A DNA stretch of 64,000 nt from an uncultured cyanobacterium (GTDB taxonomy: Bacteria; Cyanobacteriota; Cyanobacteriia; Leptolyngbyales; Leptolyngbyaceae). Of this stretch, positions 9,950 to 20,773 are shown one piece after another (position 1 is the first letter of the stretch; every line of letters starts with the position of its first letter). The stretch spans positions 11,131-75,130 of the forward strand of contig CAVYAN010000101.1 in NCBI GenBank assembly GCA_963766075.1. The letters are read 5' to 3'. The notes under the pieces are model-generated. The model saw nothing but the letters and a program-made list of their open reading frames with translations. It had not been told where the DNA came from and did no database searches. Made by a program: the position numbers and the translations under genes.

Positions 9950-11929
9950 ATGGGTTGGTTGACACGGTTGCTCGCGATCAGTTTGAGTGCGGTGATTCTC
10001 CTAGGCTGGGGGCCTGTGGCCCAGGCCGAGAGCAGCTTTCCGCCTAACGAAAACCTTGTGGTTGAGGGCATTCCCCCTATCCCAACCTCTTTAGTCGAAT
10101 CGGTGAATCGCTATACGGAATTTCGGTCGGCAAGCTTGGAATCGTGGCATCCCACCCAGCGGCAAATGCTAATTTCCACGCGGTTTTGCAATACAGCTCA
10201 GTTCCATGTGGTGCAGTTTCCTCTAGGCGATCGCCAACAAGTCACCTTCCTGCCGGAAGCCCCCAGTAACGCCACCTATCAGCCCACTACGGGGGATTAT
10301 TTCGTCTTTAGCAAAGACGTGGGGGGTAGCGAGTTTGACCAAAACTATCGCTATGATGTGGCCACGGGGGCGATTACCCTATTGACCGATGGCAAGTCCC
10401 AAAATACTCAGGGGATTTGGTCCAGTCGGGGCGATCGCATGGCCTACACCTCGACCCGCCGTAACGGTAAAGATCGCGATATTTATTTGATCGATCCCCT
10501 GAATCCCCGATCGGATCGATTACTGGCCTCCCTGGAGGGCGGTGGCTGGTATCCCTTGGATTGGTCCCCTGACGATCGCCAATTACTGCTGCTGGAGTTC
10601 ATTTCCGCCAATGAAAGCCATCTGTGGCTGCTGAATACCCAAAGTGGCGATAAAACACCCCTCACCCCCCAAGAAAAGGACCCCATTGCCTACTCTGGAG
10701 CCCAATTCAGTCAGGATGGGAAGGGCGTGTACCTGATTAGCGATCGCCAATCGGAATTTCAGCGTCTCGCCTATTACAACTTAGCCAACCAGCGCTACAC
10801 CGACCTGACTCGCCGCCTCAACTGGGATGTAGAAAGCTTTGATTTATCCCAAGACGGTAAGCATCTCGCCTTTGTTACCAATGAAGATGGAGCCAGCGTG
10901 CTGCACCTGCTGGATACGCGCACCGGGCGAGAGCAACCCCTGCCCAAACTGCCCATAGGTTTAGTTTCTGGCCTTTCTTGGCATCCCAATGGTAAAGATC
11001 TCGGCTTTACCCTAGTATCTGCGCGCTCCACCGCCGATGTCTATTCCCTGGACATCACTACCCAAAAAATCGATCGCTGGACCCGCAGTGAGACGGGCGG
11101 CCTGAATACGGCCAATTTTTCTGAACCGGAATTAGTCCGCTGGAAAAGCTTTGACAATAAGGCGATTTCCGGATTTCTCTACCGCTCCATGGCCGCCAAG
11201 TTTCCTGGCAAGCGCCCAGTGATTATCAACATCCACGGCGGCCCAGAGGCCCAATATCGCCCTGTGTTCCTAGGCCGGATTAATTATTACATTAATGACT
11301 TAGGGGCGGCGCTGCTGTTTCCCAACGTGCGGGGTTCCTCTGGCTATGGCAAAACCTTTTTGAAGCTGGATGATGGCTTTGCGCGCGAGGATGCCGTCAA
11401 GGATATTGGTGCGTTATTGGACTGGATTAAGACCCAGCCGGATTTAGACAGCGATCGCATCCTGGTCACCGGGGGTAGCTACGGCGGTTATATGTCCCTG
11501 GCCGTTGCGACAAAGTATAGCGATCGCATTCGGGCCGCCATTAATATTGTCGGCATTTCTAACTTTGTTACCTTTCTAGAACGCACCGAAGCCTACCGCC
11601 GCGATCTGCGCCGCGTGGAGTACGGGGATGAACGCGATCCCAAAATGCGGGAATTCCAACTCAGGATTTCGCCCCTTAACAACGCAGCCAACATCAAAGT
11701 GCCGCTGTTTGTGATTCACGGCAAAAACGATCCCCGTGTGCCCTTGAACGAAGCCGAACAAATCGTGGCCACTGTCCGCCAACAAGGGACCCCTGTCTGG
11801 TACCTGATGGCCCAGGATGAAGGCCACGGCTTTGCCAAAAAGAAAAATGTTGACTTTCAATTCTACGCCACAGTGATGTTTTTGAAGCAGTATGTTTTGG
11901 GTGAATCAGCCCTAAGTCCACCGGGCTAA
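9950..11929 (+). CDS. S9 family (prolyl oligopeptidase-like) peptidase with signal peptide and beta-propeller
   Basis: Signal ending AQA, WSPD/FSQDG propeller repeats, IHGGPE, GGSYGG, NDPRVP, DEGHGF. Confidence 0.92.
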   Translation: MGWLTRLLAISLSAVILLGWGPVAQAESSFPPNENLVVEGIPPIPTSLVESVNRYTEFRSASLESWHPTQRQMLISTRFCNTAQFHVVQFPLGDRQQVTFLPEAPSNATYQPTTGDYFVFSKDVGGSEFDQNYRYDVATGAITLLTDGKSQNTQGIWSSRGDRMAYTSTRRNGKDRDIYLIDPLNPRSDRLLASLEGGGWYPLDWSPDDRQLLLLEFISANESHLWLLNTQSGDKTPLTPQEKDPIAYSGAQFSQDGKGVYLISDRQSEFQRLAYYNLANQRYTDLTRRLNWDVESFDLSQDGKHLAFVTNEDGASVLHLLDTRTGREQPLPKLPIGLVSGLSWHPNGKDLGFTLVSARSTADVYSLDITTQKIDRWTRSETGGLNTANFSEPELVRWKSFDNKAISGFLYRSMAAKFPGKRPVIINIHGGPEAQYRPVFLGRINYYINDLGAALLFPNVRGSSGYGKTFLKLDDGFAREDAVKDIGALLDWIKTQPDLDSDRILVTGGSYGGYMSLAVATKYSDRIRAAINIVGISNFVTFLERTEAYRRDLRRVEYGDERDPKMREFQLRISPLNNAANIKVPLFVIHGKNDPRVPLNEAEQIVATVRQQGTPVWYLMAQDEGHGFAKKKNVDFQFYATVMFLKQYVLGESALSPPG

Positions 11930-12010
11930 CTGGGACACACTGGGCCAAAAACCTCTGCCCGCCGCAGAACCCGAATCGCATTCCTGCCCGTCGGAGGTCT
12001 GGAATGCCGA

Positions 12011-12502
12011 TCAGGTGGTAGCTTTAGCATTGACTTGGCGCATCAGACTGGCCATTTCTAGGGCACTCATGGCGTAGTTCCACCCCAAATTGCTCTTAAT
12101 ACCCGCGCGCTCTAGGGCTTGCTGTAGGGTGTCCGTGGTTAATACGCCAAAGATAATGGGGACACCGGTTTGCAGCCCCGTAGACGCAATCCCCTTTGCG
12201 ACTTCACCCGCCACATAGTCAAAGTGGGGAGTTTGGCCTCGGATCACCGCCCCAAGACAAATGATGGCATCATAGCGGTTGCTCAAGGCCAGTTGTCGCG
12301 CCACCATCGGTACTTCAAAGCTGCCAGGAACCCAGGCATAATCGACTTGTGAGCCTTCGGGATTGACGTCTACGCCATGCCGCTTCAGGCAATCTTGACA
12401 GCCTTCCAAAAGTTTGGTCGTGACCAGATCGTTGAATCGTCCAATGACGATCGCGAACTTCATCTGTTCTGACTGGGTAAATGTTCCTTCAAAAACTGCC
12501 AT
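12011..12502 (-). CDS. ribH: 6,7-dimethyl-8-ribityllumazine synthase
   Basis: [35 protein letters not shown]. Confidence 0.97.
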   Translation of the reverse strand: MAVFEGTFTQSEQMKFAIVIGRFNDLVTTKLLEGCQDCLKRHGVDVNPEGSQVDYAWVPGSFEVPMVARQLALSNRYDAIICLGAVIRGQTPHFDYVAGEVAKGIASTGLQTGVPIIFGVLTTDTLQQALERAGIKSNLGWNYAMSALEMASLMRQVNAKATT

Positions 12503-12761
12503 ACTCGTCCACCTGTTGACTGTTTTAGCCTAGTGAGTCAGCCTAGTTAATCTCTAGACTAAAATTTTGAGACATCAAATCCCCACCAGCATGGATACGG
12601 CGATCCGGAGCACCAAGCTGATGGGGTAAAGATGATTTTAATCCTGTGTTTTTATAACCCTGCTCTTGGCCACCCCCAGCGCAGCAAATTGGGCAGGGCC
12701 TAAGGGTTAGTCTTAAGCCGCTAAATACTTTTAAGCCACTCAATACTTAAACACTCAATAC

Positions 12762-12950
12762 TTAAGCCACTAAATAATTGAGCAGTCCGAGGGCAAACAC
12801 GAGCGCTGCCCACACCCCAGACCCCAGCAGGATAATTTTCTTGGATTGGTCCCAATTTTGGGGCGATGCCAATGCCACTGGCACCCCAACCACCATCACA
12901 AAAGACAGCATCACAAAAGATGCAAGCACAAGCTGGAACAGAATCGTCAT
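12762..12950 (-). CDS. psbZ: Photosystem II protein Z
   Basis: 62 aa [37 protein letters not shown]..., two TM helices, GGAGG upstream. The ORF track over-extends the start. Confidence 0.96.
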   Translation of the reverse strand: MTILFQLVLASFVMLSFVMVVGVPVALASPQNWDQSKKIILLGSGVWAALVFALGLLNYLVA

Positions 12951-13077
12951 TTCGTTAAAGCCTCCCGACGTAGCAATCGCTTCAGCAACTAGGACATTAA
13001 TATGGAGGTGGTCTATAAACACCTCTGGATAGTACGCTATCAGAAAACTGCTACCAACTGATGAGGGATTTTGGATT

Positions 13078-14895
13078 TTGGCGGGACGTGCATTTTTCCC
13101 AGAGCTAACGGCACGAGCAGTCATGTCAACAGCGGTTCCCCAGGTTTCGGCCCAAACCTCTGTTGCTGAGGCTTTGAATTGCTTTTCAGGGCCACAGGAC
13201 ACCCATTTATGGGTCACGGATGGGTCAAACCGATTGGTGGGTAAGGTGGGCCAACGGGATTTGGCCTTGGCTGCACATTATGGCTGTGGGGCTGCGGCTG
13301 TACAGGCCCATATGGATGAACATGTGCGGGCGATCGCCCCTGACACGCCGCTCTCTGAGGTTGAATTTCTGCTAACAACCCACGCTCTGTCGGCTTTGCC
13401 GGTGGTGGAGCAGGGCCAACTGGTCGGTATGGTATCCCAGGCCGATGTTTGTGCGGCACCGGTGTCGCCCCACCCGTCTCATCCCATGTCCCACGCCTTT
13501 TTATTGCCCCTGTTGCAGCAGCGATTGGTGCCTGAACTCTGGCAAGTGCTGACGGTGGCAGCCTTGTTAGCAGGACAGCGCGGTTGGCAGCTTTATATCG
13601 TCGGGGGAGCGGTGCGGGATGTGCTGCGAATGCTCATGCAAGGAACTGGGGGCAGTGGCAGCCTTTTGTTAGAAGATATTGATTTGGTGGTGGACGGAGG
13701 CGATCGCCCTGCCGACGGGGGGGCAGGGGTGGAACTGGCGACGGCGCTACAGAGTTGGTACCCGGCGTCACGCTTAGAGATTTATGGCAAGTTTCAAACC
13801 GCTGCTTTGCGCTGGCAAGACGATCCTAGCTTGCGGTCCCTCGGATTGGATGTGGCTACTGCCCGCACGGAATTTTATCCCTACCCAGCGGCCAATCCTC
13901 AGGTGTCTCCCAGTTCCATTGAGTCTGATATGTATCGCCGCGACTTTACCATCAACGCTATGGCGATTCGCCTGACCGAATCCGGTGCCCAGGGACAGGT
14001 TGGAGAGCTACTGGATTTCTACGGTGGAGTCAGTGATTTGCAGCATCAACAGGTGCGGGTATTGCATGCCCATAGCTTTATTGAAGATCCGACGCGAATT
14101 TACCGAGCGGTGCGGTTTGCCGTGCGGTTGGGGTTTGAGGTGGAATCCCAGACGGAACGCTGGATTCGGGCGGCGATCGCCAGTGGCATCTATCCGCAGG
14201 TCCAATGCCAACAGGCGATCGTCCCGGCGCTGCAAACCCGCCTCAAAGCCGAACTGAAGTACCTGTTCCAAACATCCTATTGGCAACCCGCGCTGCGCAA
14301 GCTGGCCGATCTCGGCGCATTGCGCTGCTTACATCCCGCCCTCAACCTCGATGCCGACCTGTGGCGACAACTGCGCCTTGCGGCACGATGCCAGCGGAGT
14401 ACTGTCGTGCCGCCGTCGATCGCGGCCCTGCCGCGCTGGGAACTGCTACTCACCCTGATGATTGCCCGTCTTGATCCACCGGATCGTCAGAGGGTCGCTC
14501 AAACCTTGACGTTTGGAGTAGAGCGACTGGCCGCGATCGCCCCTGCCGAAACGGACATCCTGGAAAAACTGGTCCACTGCGATCGCCCGAGTGCCGTCCG
14601 ACAACTCTTACAGCCCTATGACAGCGGCTTGCTAGTCATCCTGGCGATCCGCTGCCCCCGGAGCGTCATGACCCCAGCCGGTCAGCCGATTCGCCGCCTG
14701 CTTGGCCGTTACGTTATGGAATGGTCCAAAATTAAGCCGCCCTTAGATGGCAAGGCACTGAAAAAGCTCGGCTATGAATCCGGTCCCGAGTTTCGGCAGA
14801 TTTTGGAGGCTTTGACTGCTGCCACAGTAGACGGGGAGATTCGCGATCGTCAGGATGCCTTGGCCTTGCTGGCGCGGCAGTTTCCTCGGGGTTAG
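13078..14895 (+). CDS. CBS-domain tRNA nucleotidyltransferase (class II; likely the A-adding type); start uncertain
   Basis: CBS pair, then [41 protein letters not shown]. Confidence 0.85.
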   Translation: MAGRAFFPELTARAVMSTAVPQVSAQTSVAEALNCFSGPQDTHLWVTDGSNRLVGKVGQRDLALAAHYGCGAAAVQAHMDEHVRAIAPDTPLSEVEFLLTTHALSALPVVEQGQLVGMVSQADVCAAPVSPHPSHPMSHAFLLPLLQQRLVPELWQVLTVAALLAGQRGWQLYIVGGAVRDVLRMLMQGTGGSGSLLLEDIDLVVDGGDRPADGGAGVELATALQSWYPASRLEIYGKFQTAALRWQDDPSLRSLGLDVATARTEFYPYPAANPQVSPSSIESDMYRRDFTINAMAIRLTESGAQGQVGELLDFYGGVSDLQHQQVRVLHAHSFIEDPTRIYRAVRFAVRLGFEVESQTERWIRAAIASGIYPQVQCQQAIVPALQTRLKAELKYLFQTSYWQPALRKLADLGALRCLHPALNLDADLWRQLRLAARCQRSTVVPPSIAALPRWELLLTLMIARLDPPDRQRVAQTLTFGVERLAAIAPAETDILEKLVHCDRPSAVRQLLQPYDSGLLVILAIRCPRSVMTPAGQPIRRLLGRYVMEWSKIKPPLDGKALKKLGYESGPEFRQILEALTAATVDGEIRDRQDALALLARQFPRG

Positions 14896-14896
14896 G

Positions 14897-15931
14897 CTAG
14901 AGCCGAATGTCTTTAAGCGCACTGCGGGGATCCGCACTCCGGCTAGCGCGCAGTTTTTCATAGAGATCCCGCTCGACCGCCGTAATCTCCTTGGGTGCAA
15001 CGATGATGACTTTAACCAGCTGGTCGGTGCGATCGCCCTTGGGATTGGTCCACCCCTTGCCGCGCAAGCGCAAAGACTGGCCAGACCGAATGCCCATGGG
15101 AATGTTGACTTTTACCAAACCGTCTGGCGTGGGCACATCAATCGCGGCTCCGAGAACCGCTTCATCCGGGGCGATCGCCACTTCGCACACCAGATTCTCT
15201 CCCTCAAATTGGAAAAAGGGGTGGGGCGTAATGGCAACGTTTAAATACAAGTCGCCCCGCTGCGTGGTGTAATGCGGGCTAAAGCGTCCCTTGCCGCGCA
15301 CCCGAATCCGACTCCCAGGCTTGGCCCCCGGTGGAATCCGCACTTCAAATTCCTCTGTTCCAACAGATAGTCGCTTCTGGACTCCGCGAAATGCTTCTGA
15401 TAAGGAGAGGGTAATCGTGGCTTCGCTGTCTAGCCCCGTCGGAGACTCACTGCCCGTCTCGCGAAAGCCTGTGGGGCCGCTGGAGGATGTGGCCGTGCGA
15501 TAGCTGGCGCGGGAGTTGTACCCAGGCGGATTGCTGAACCCAGCACCGGACGCGGTGCCGGTGCCCATCCGCCCTAGCAAGGTGTTGATGAACTCGTCAA
15601 AACTCTGGTACTGCCCAAATTCAAAGGAGTCAAAGTCGCTGCCCCCCTTACTGAAGGGGTTACCGCCCCCAAAGGGCGATCCGCTTCCGGCACCGGCCTG
15701 TCGCCAGTACTGGCCAAATTGATCGTATTGGCGGCGCTTGTCAGCATCAGACAGGACTTCATAAGCCTCGCTGACTTCTTTGAAATGGGCTTCAGCGGCT
15801 TTATCACCGGGATTCATGTCCGGATGATACTGTCGTGCCAACCGCCGAAACGATTTTTTGATTTCGTCTGCGCTTGCTGTTTTGCTGATCCCCAATATGG
15901 AGTAGTAGTCCTTGAAGTCAGTCGCCGCCAT
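14897..15931 (-). CDS. DnaJ class II / CbpA-like chaperone
   Basis: [17 protein letters not shown] motif, G/F-rich linker, DnaJ C-domain, no Zn-finger. ATG at 15931. Confidence 0.92.
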   Translation of the reverse strand: MAATDFKDYYSILGISKTASADEIKKSFRRLARQYHPDMNPGDKAAEAHFKEVSEAYEVLSDADKRRQYDQFGQYWRQAGAGSGSPFGGGNPFSKGGSDFDSFEFGQYQSFDEFINTLLGRMGTGTASGAGFSNPPGYNSRASYRTATSSSGPTGFRETGSESPTGLDSEATITLSLSEAFRGVQKRLSVGTEEFEVRIPPGAKPGSRIRVRGKGRFSPHYTTQRGDLYLNVAITPHPFFQFEGENLVCEVAIAPDEAVLGAAIDVPTPDGLVKVNIPMGIRSGQSLRLRGKGWTNPKGDRTDQLVKVIIVAPKEITAVERDLYEKLRASRSADPRSALKDIRL

Positions 15932-15972
15932 GCCGCCTCTCTTGTAGCCGTGTTGCCTGAATTCTAACCGCT

Positions 15973-16019
15973 GATAACCGTTTCCACAGTGACCGTAGAT
16001 AACCGTTTCCACAGTGACC
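15973..16019. repeat. 22-bp direct repeat, 25-bp period (GATAACCGTTTCCACAGTGACC)
   Basis: Exact copies at 15973-15994 and 15998-16019. Confidence 0.9.
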
Positions 16020-16279
16020 CGTTAGCTTTACGAGTCTATTTCAGCATGCTCAGAATATCTTCCTCACTTTAAGGTAACAAATCCCATTCTGGATAGAACT
16101 GGCGGGCCGATCTAGAACGGTGGAAATATCCGAATATCCGGAACCTGATATCCGGAACCTGACATCCGGATATCGGCCACAGCCCAGCGCACACCACAGC
16201 CCAGCGCATGCCAAAGGCCGTCAGACCAAGGGGCAAGCGGTTTTGGGAGAGAATTTTTGCTTGCTGCTCCCCTACGGTA

Positions 16280-16708
16280 CTAGCTCATTGACTCTTGGAG
16301 CTGAATGGCGATGCGTTCGCCAAATTCGGGGTCATTGTTGGCTAAACCGAGGAGTTGAATATATTCTTGGCGAGTGAGTCCAGCAGTTTCGATGGTGGCG
16401 ATCGCCTCTTTCTCGATTTCTTGCTCAATCCGGCGCGATTCGGATTCGGTTTCTGCCCCCTGGAGTTCACCTTCGCGCCGTTCAATCAGTGCCACGACTT
16501 GGAGATACGCATTCACGAACTGATTGACCTTTTCTGATGGAATATCGCCAGGATCCATGCCAGAGCGGCTAGGCGCAATTTGTTCAGTTGGCACTTCCGC
16601 CGTAGGGGGGACGGCGGTTTGGGCAAGGCTAGCGGGCTGTCCATTCAGTCCAATCCAGCAAAAGACGGTCATCCAGAATAGGACAATGGCGCGGAGGCAA
16701 ATCGACAT
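16280..16708 (-). CDS. DUF4168-like exported protein
   Basis: Signal-like N-terminus; VNQFVNAYLQV...IETAGLTRQEY...NDPEFGERI. Confidence 0.75.
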   Translation of the reverse strand: MSICLRAIVLFWMTVFCWIGLNGQPASLAQTAVPPTAEVPTEQIAPSRSGMDPGDIPSEKVNQFVNAYLQVVALIERREGELQGAETESESRRIEQEIEKEAIATIETAGLTRQEYIQLLGLANNDPEFGERIAIQLQESMS

Positions 16709-16737
16709 GGGGCAGGGGTCGTAGGGGCGTGTCAAAA

Positions 16738-17496
16738 ATGGGAATGAAGCTAAGGCCAGTTTTTATTGTAGGGGTTTTCATGGTCGGAGGGCTGGGAGGA
16801 GTAGCAGCGCTACTGGTCCGTTCGCCCAGCGCAAAACTCTGGTGGCTATGGGTCCGGCGGCAATGCCCAGGCTGTGACTTGCAGAATGTGACCCTGAGTC
16901 AGCAAAATTTGCGTGGATTCAATCTTCAAGGCGCGAATTTGCAAGGAGCTAATCTCCGAGGTGCAAATCTCCGGGATGCAAATCTTCGGGGCGCGAATTT
17001 ACAGGAGGCCGATTTGCAAAAGGCCAATTTGCAGGGGGCCAATTTAGGGGCGGCGAATCTACGCGCGATTAGGGCAAAGGAAGCAGATTTGCGTGAAGCA
17101 GTAATAGAAGCTGGTAATTTGCGGCAGAGTGATCTAAAAGGGGCGGATTTGCGGGGGGCAGATCTGATTCAGGCGGATTTGAGCGGAGCCAATTTGAGTG
17201 AGGCCAATTTGCAGGGGGTGCGGCTAACGCGGGCGATTTTGCCTCGGACGGATTTAAGTTTGGCCAATTTACAGCAGGCTGAGTTACGACAGGCGAATTT
17301 GGAGGGAGCCAATCTGAGCGGCAGCAATCTGATGGGGGCAGACTTAGGGCAGGCGAATGTGCAGCAGGCCAATTTGGGCTATGCCGATTTGGAAAATGCC
17401 AATTTGCGGGGGGCGGATTTGCGACGATCGCACCTGCACGGCGTCAACATGTTTGGCACGAACTTTGGCGAAACGCAGATGCCCGATAATCGGTAG
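16738..17496 (+). CDS. Pentapeptide repeat protein with N-terminal TM segment
   Basis: QCPGCDL followed by many A(N/D)LxX repeats. Start could be 16729, 16738 or 16744. Confidence 0.93.
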   Translation: MGMKLRPVFIVGVFMVGGLGGVAALLVRSPSAKLWWLWVRRQCPGCDLQNVTLSQQNLRGFNLQGANLQGANLRGANLRDANLRGANLQEADLQKANLQGANLGAANLRAIRAKEADLREAVIEAGNLRQSDLKGADLRGADLIQADLSGANLSEANLQGVRLTRAILPRTDLSLANLQQAELRQANLEGANLSGSNLMGADLGQANVQQANLGYADLENANLRGADLRRSHLHGVNMFGTNFGETQMPDNR

Positions 17497-17605
17497 GTGA
17501 GAGAGTGCGTCTAGATGTCTGCATTACCCGGTAGCTCTTTGGTTGGGGCTATCCGCTGGGTTCATTTTTGTCAGCCCCATCGCCCTTTACCCCCGACGTT
17601 CAACC

Positions 17606-17815
17606 ATGCGGATTTTAAAAGCTGTCCCCAGATCGATCGCCCTATTGTGCTTGATTAGTGGTGTAGGCGTGGGTGGGGCGATCGCCTATCGCGCCCTCAA
17701 TGTCCCCCAGGACTGTGTGCGCCTCAACACCACTGGAGGCCAGGAAGTGACCTACAGCCGGGGCTGTTTGCATCCTCAGAAATATAAGAAATGGGTAATT
17801 ACGGCATCGAGATGA
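17606..17815 (+). CDS. Small hypothetical membrane protein
   Basis: 69 aa, hydrophobic segment, two Cys in the C-part, two intact HIP1 sites, fills the intergenic gap. Confidence 0.5.
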   Translation: MRILKAVPRSIALLCLISGVGVGGAIAYRALNVPQDCVRLNTTGGQEVTYSRGCLHPQKYKKWVITASR

Positions 17816-17950
17816 TGCTGGCAACGGCAGTCGATGCTGGCGGCAGCACGTGATGGTGTGAATGATCCCTAAATTCTTTGCAAAGCAAATCTACCCACTG
17901 GCCCTCGTCCCGATACACTGAGGACAAACAAAATTCGATAGGACGGGGTT

Positions 17951-19536
17951 ATGGATGCAGCAGCGCTCTGGCAACGCTACCAAGATTGGTTGTACTACCA
18001 CGCCGGATTAGGACTATACCTCAATATCAGTCGGATGCGGTTTGATGATGCCTTTGTCGCGGCGATGGAGCCTAAGTTCGACAAAGCGTTTCAGGATATG
18101 GCGGCGTTGGAAGCGGGGCGATCGCCAATCCCGATGAACAGCGCATGGTGGGGCACTACTGGCTGCGAGATGCGGACCTCGCACCCACCCCGGAACTCAA
18201 GCAAGACATCCGGCACACCCTGGATCAAATTTCCACCTTTGTGCAGAAAGTCCACAATGGTGACGTCCGTCCGCCGCAATCCCTCAAATTTACTGACGTC
18301 CTGTCTATTGGCATTGGGGGATCGGCACTAGGTCCACAGTTCGTGTCAGAAGCGCTGACGGCAGATGCTCCCCCAATGCAGGTGCACTTTTTTGATAACA
18401 CCGATCCCGCAGGCATGGACCGGGTGCTCCATCGACTACGGCCTCGGTTAGCCAGCACCCTGGTGATTGTGATTTCTAAATCGGGCGGGACGCCGGAAAC
18501 CCGCAACGGCATGCTAGAGGCCAAGCAGTTCTTCACCGCTAACGGCTTAGATTTTGCCCGTCAAGCGGTGGCCGTGACTGGCGTCGGCAGTGCCATGGAT
18601 CAATTGGCTCAGGCAGAGGGCTGGTTGGCCCGGTTCCCGATGTATGACTGGATTGGCGGGCGCACCTCGGAACTTTCGGCGGTGGGGCTACTGCCTGCGG
18701 CTTTGCAAGGCATTGATATCACGGCGATGTTGGCGGGGGCCCAGGAAATGGACGCGGCTACTCGCAATCCCCTACTGAGACAAAACCCGGCAGCCCTACT
18801 GGCACTGGCCTGGTACTTTGCGGGTAACGGCAAGGGCGAAAAAGATATGGTTGTTCTCCCCTATAAGGATAGTCTGCTGCTGTTTAGTCGCTATCTGCAA
18901 CAACTGGTGATGGAGTCGTTGGGCAAGGAAAAAGATCTCGATGGCAATACGGTGTATCAGGGGATTGCGGTTTATGGCAATAAGGGATCGACTGACCAGC
19001 ACGCTTACGTTCAGCAACTGCGAGAAGGCGTGCCCAACTTTTTTCTCACGTTTATCGAAGTGTTACAGGATCGCCGGGGAGCATCCCTGGAGGTGGAGGC
19101 CGGCGTGACATCGGGGGACTACCTCTCAGGGCTACTTCAAGGGACCCGGCAAGCGCTGTACGAAAATCAGCGGGACTCGATTACGGTGACGATTCCGGAG
19201 GTGACGCCGCGCCAGGTCGGGGCATTGATTGCCTTGTATGAGCGGGCTGTGGGACTGTATGCCTTCGTTGTGCATATCAATGCATATCACCAGCCCGGTG
19301 TGGAAGCCGGCAAGAAGGCGGCAGCGACCATTTTGACGTTGCAGAGTCAGGCGCTGCGGGTGCTGCGGGAAGCCACAGGGCCGATTTATCTGACAGATCT
19401 GGCGGTGAAAACCGGTGCCCCTGACCAGATGGAGACGCTGTATAAAATCCTCCGCCATTTGGAAGCCAATCAGCGTGGAGTGACGTTGGCAGGAAATCCC
19501 GCGCAGCCCAATCATCTGAAGGTCAGCTTGTCTTAG
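17951..19536 (+). CDS. pgi: Glucose-6-phosphate isomerase, apparent single-base frameshift at 18115-18118
   Basis: [16 protein letters not shown] after restoring one [42 protein letters not shown]. Confidence 0.93.
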
Positions 19537-20413
19537 CCGTTGGCGACTGAGTTGCGGGTTGGACACTGGACGATGGAGCGGGGATTGTTGGCGCGGCAAC
19601 CATGGCCCACCCCAAGCGGGTGGGTTGTTCATAAATCCGCTTCAGCGTGTTTACGTCGCGGGGAGAAATTAATGGGGGTTGGCGGACTTGGGAAAAGTAG
19701 AGGGCATCGGTGGCCTGCGGGCTATGTCCCCAAATTCCCAAGGCGTGCCCCAGTTCGTGACGGGCCGTCGCTAGGGTGTAGCTGGCGGGTTGATTCGGAT
19801 GAATGTGGATGGTGAAGCGCGCCATGAGGCGGGAATTCGAAGGAGTTTCCGCCTGTGGGGCGGGCTGAATCTTCGAGGGTGCGTCGGGTTGTGTATACAG
19901 TTCAAAGCGGGTTTCGGCAGTCCGGGCGCGGGGGATCGCGGGCTGGCCCGCGATCGCGGGTGCTAATCGCAATGGTGGAGCTTTGCGCCAGATGGTGATG
20001 TCGGCCCCGGCGGGTTGGGTGACCTGCTGCAAAGGCAGGTAGGCGTGCCATTCCGCGATCGCGGCCTGCATGGCCTCTATCCAAGCCTGCGCCCGTTGGG
20101 CTTCAAAACTTCCCCTGGCCGTGCTGCCGAGGGGCTCTACAAAGACTTTAATGGGAAACTCAGACCATACCAGATAGCCAACATTCACAGGTTTGATTTG
20201 GTCGAAATAATCCCCTGATTGACTGGGATCACGCCACTGGGCCAGAGCCGGAGGGAGAGGATGGATTGCAGGGACGGGGAAGATAGCGGGCAGAGGTTGA
20301 GCGATCGCAAAAATGGGCATGACAACTGCGATCGCCATGCCCATCAGGCTCGCCACTAGTAAAACGAGCCATCGCCGCCCAAAGACGCGCGATCGCACAC
20401 TGGATTCACCCAT
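19523..20413 (-). CDS. Metzincin (matrixin/M10-like) Zn metallopeptidase
   Basis: [12 protein letters not shown] (HExxHxxGxxxH variant); N-terminal signal/TM segment. Confidence 0.85.
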   Translation of the reverse strand: MGESSVRSRVFGRRWLVLLVASLMGMAIAVVMPIFAIAQPLPAIFPVPAIHPLPPALAQWRDPSQSGDYFDQIKPVNVGYLVWSEFPIKVFVEPLGSTARGSFEAQRAQAWIEAMQAAIAEWHAYLPLQQVTQPAGADITIWRKAPPLRLAPAIAGQPAIPRARTAETRFELYTQPDAPSKIQPAPQAETPSNSRLMARFTIHIHPNQPASYTLATARHELGHALGIWGHSPQATDALYFSQVRQPPLISPRDVNTLKRIYEQPTRLGWAMVAAPTIPAPSSSVQPATQSPTAKTS

Positions 20414-20491
20414 ATCCACGCTTCAAGGCAACCATTTCAGACTGCCACTCCAGACTGCTATTTAGGCCAGACGGCCACTTGGGCCAGACGG

Positions 20492-20725
20492 CTACTTGGG
20501 CAACCAATTCGCGCTAAGAACCACGGCTAAACCCATGAACACCACCGTCAAAATCCAGGTGACTCGGTTGAGCGTTGTTTCTGCACTTTTGGTGCTGGTA
20601 AACAGTTGCGCTTGGCCGCCCAGCCCACCCAAACCGTCGCCCTTGGGACTGTGCAGGAGGACAAGAACAATTAAGCCAAGGGCAGAAAACGCCCAAACGC
20701 CTTGAAGAATCGTGGTAATGGTCAT
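20492..20725 (-). CDS. secG: Preprotein translocase subunit SecG
   Basis: LVLLHSPKGDGLGGLGG...SAETTLNRVTW; downstream of gpmI. Confidence 0.95.
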   Translation of the reverse strand: MTITTILQGVWAFSALGLIVLVLLHSPKGDGLGGLGGQAQLFTSTKSAETTLNRVTWILTVVFMGLAVVLSANWLPK

Positions 20726-20773
20726 GGGAAAAGTCTTAAGAAAGCTCTTACTAGAGTAGCAGTCTGAGGAGCA

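Noticed and set aside
12951..13217. N-terminal extension of psbZ in the ORF track
   Set aside because: PsbZ is 62 aa, a GGAGG precedes 12950, and the extension overlaps the divergent gene.
18115..18118. Programmed frameshifting or phase variation in pgi
   Set aside because: A G4 run is short, no stimulatory structure is evident, and similar single-G losses in two other genes point to sequencing error.
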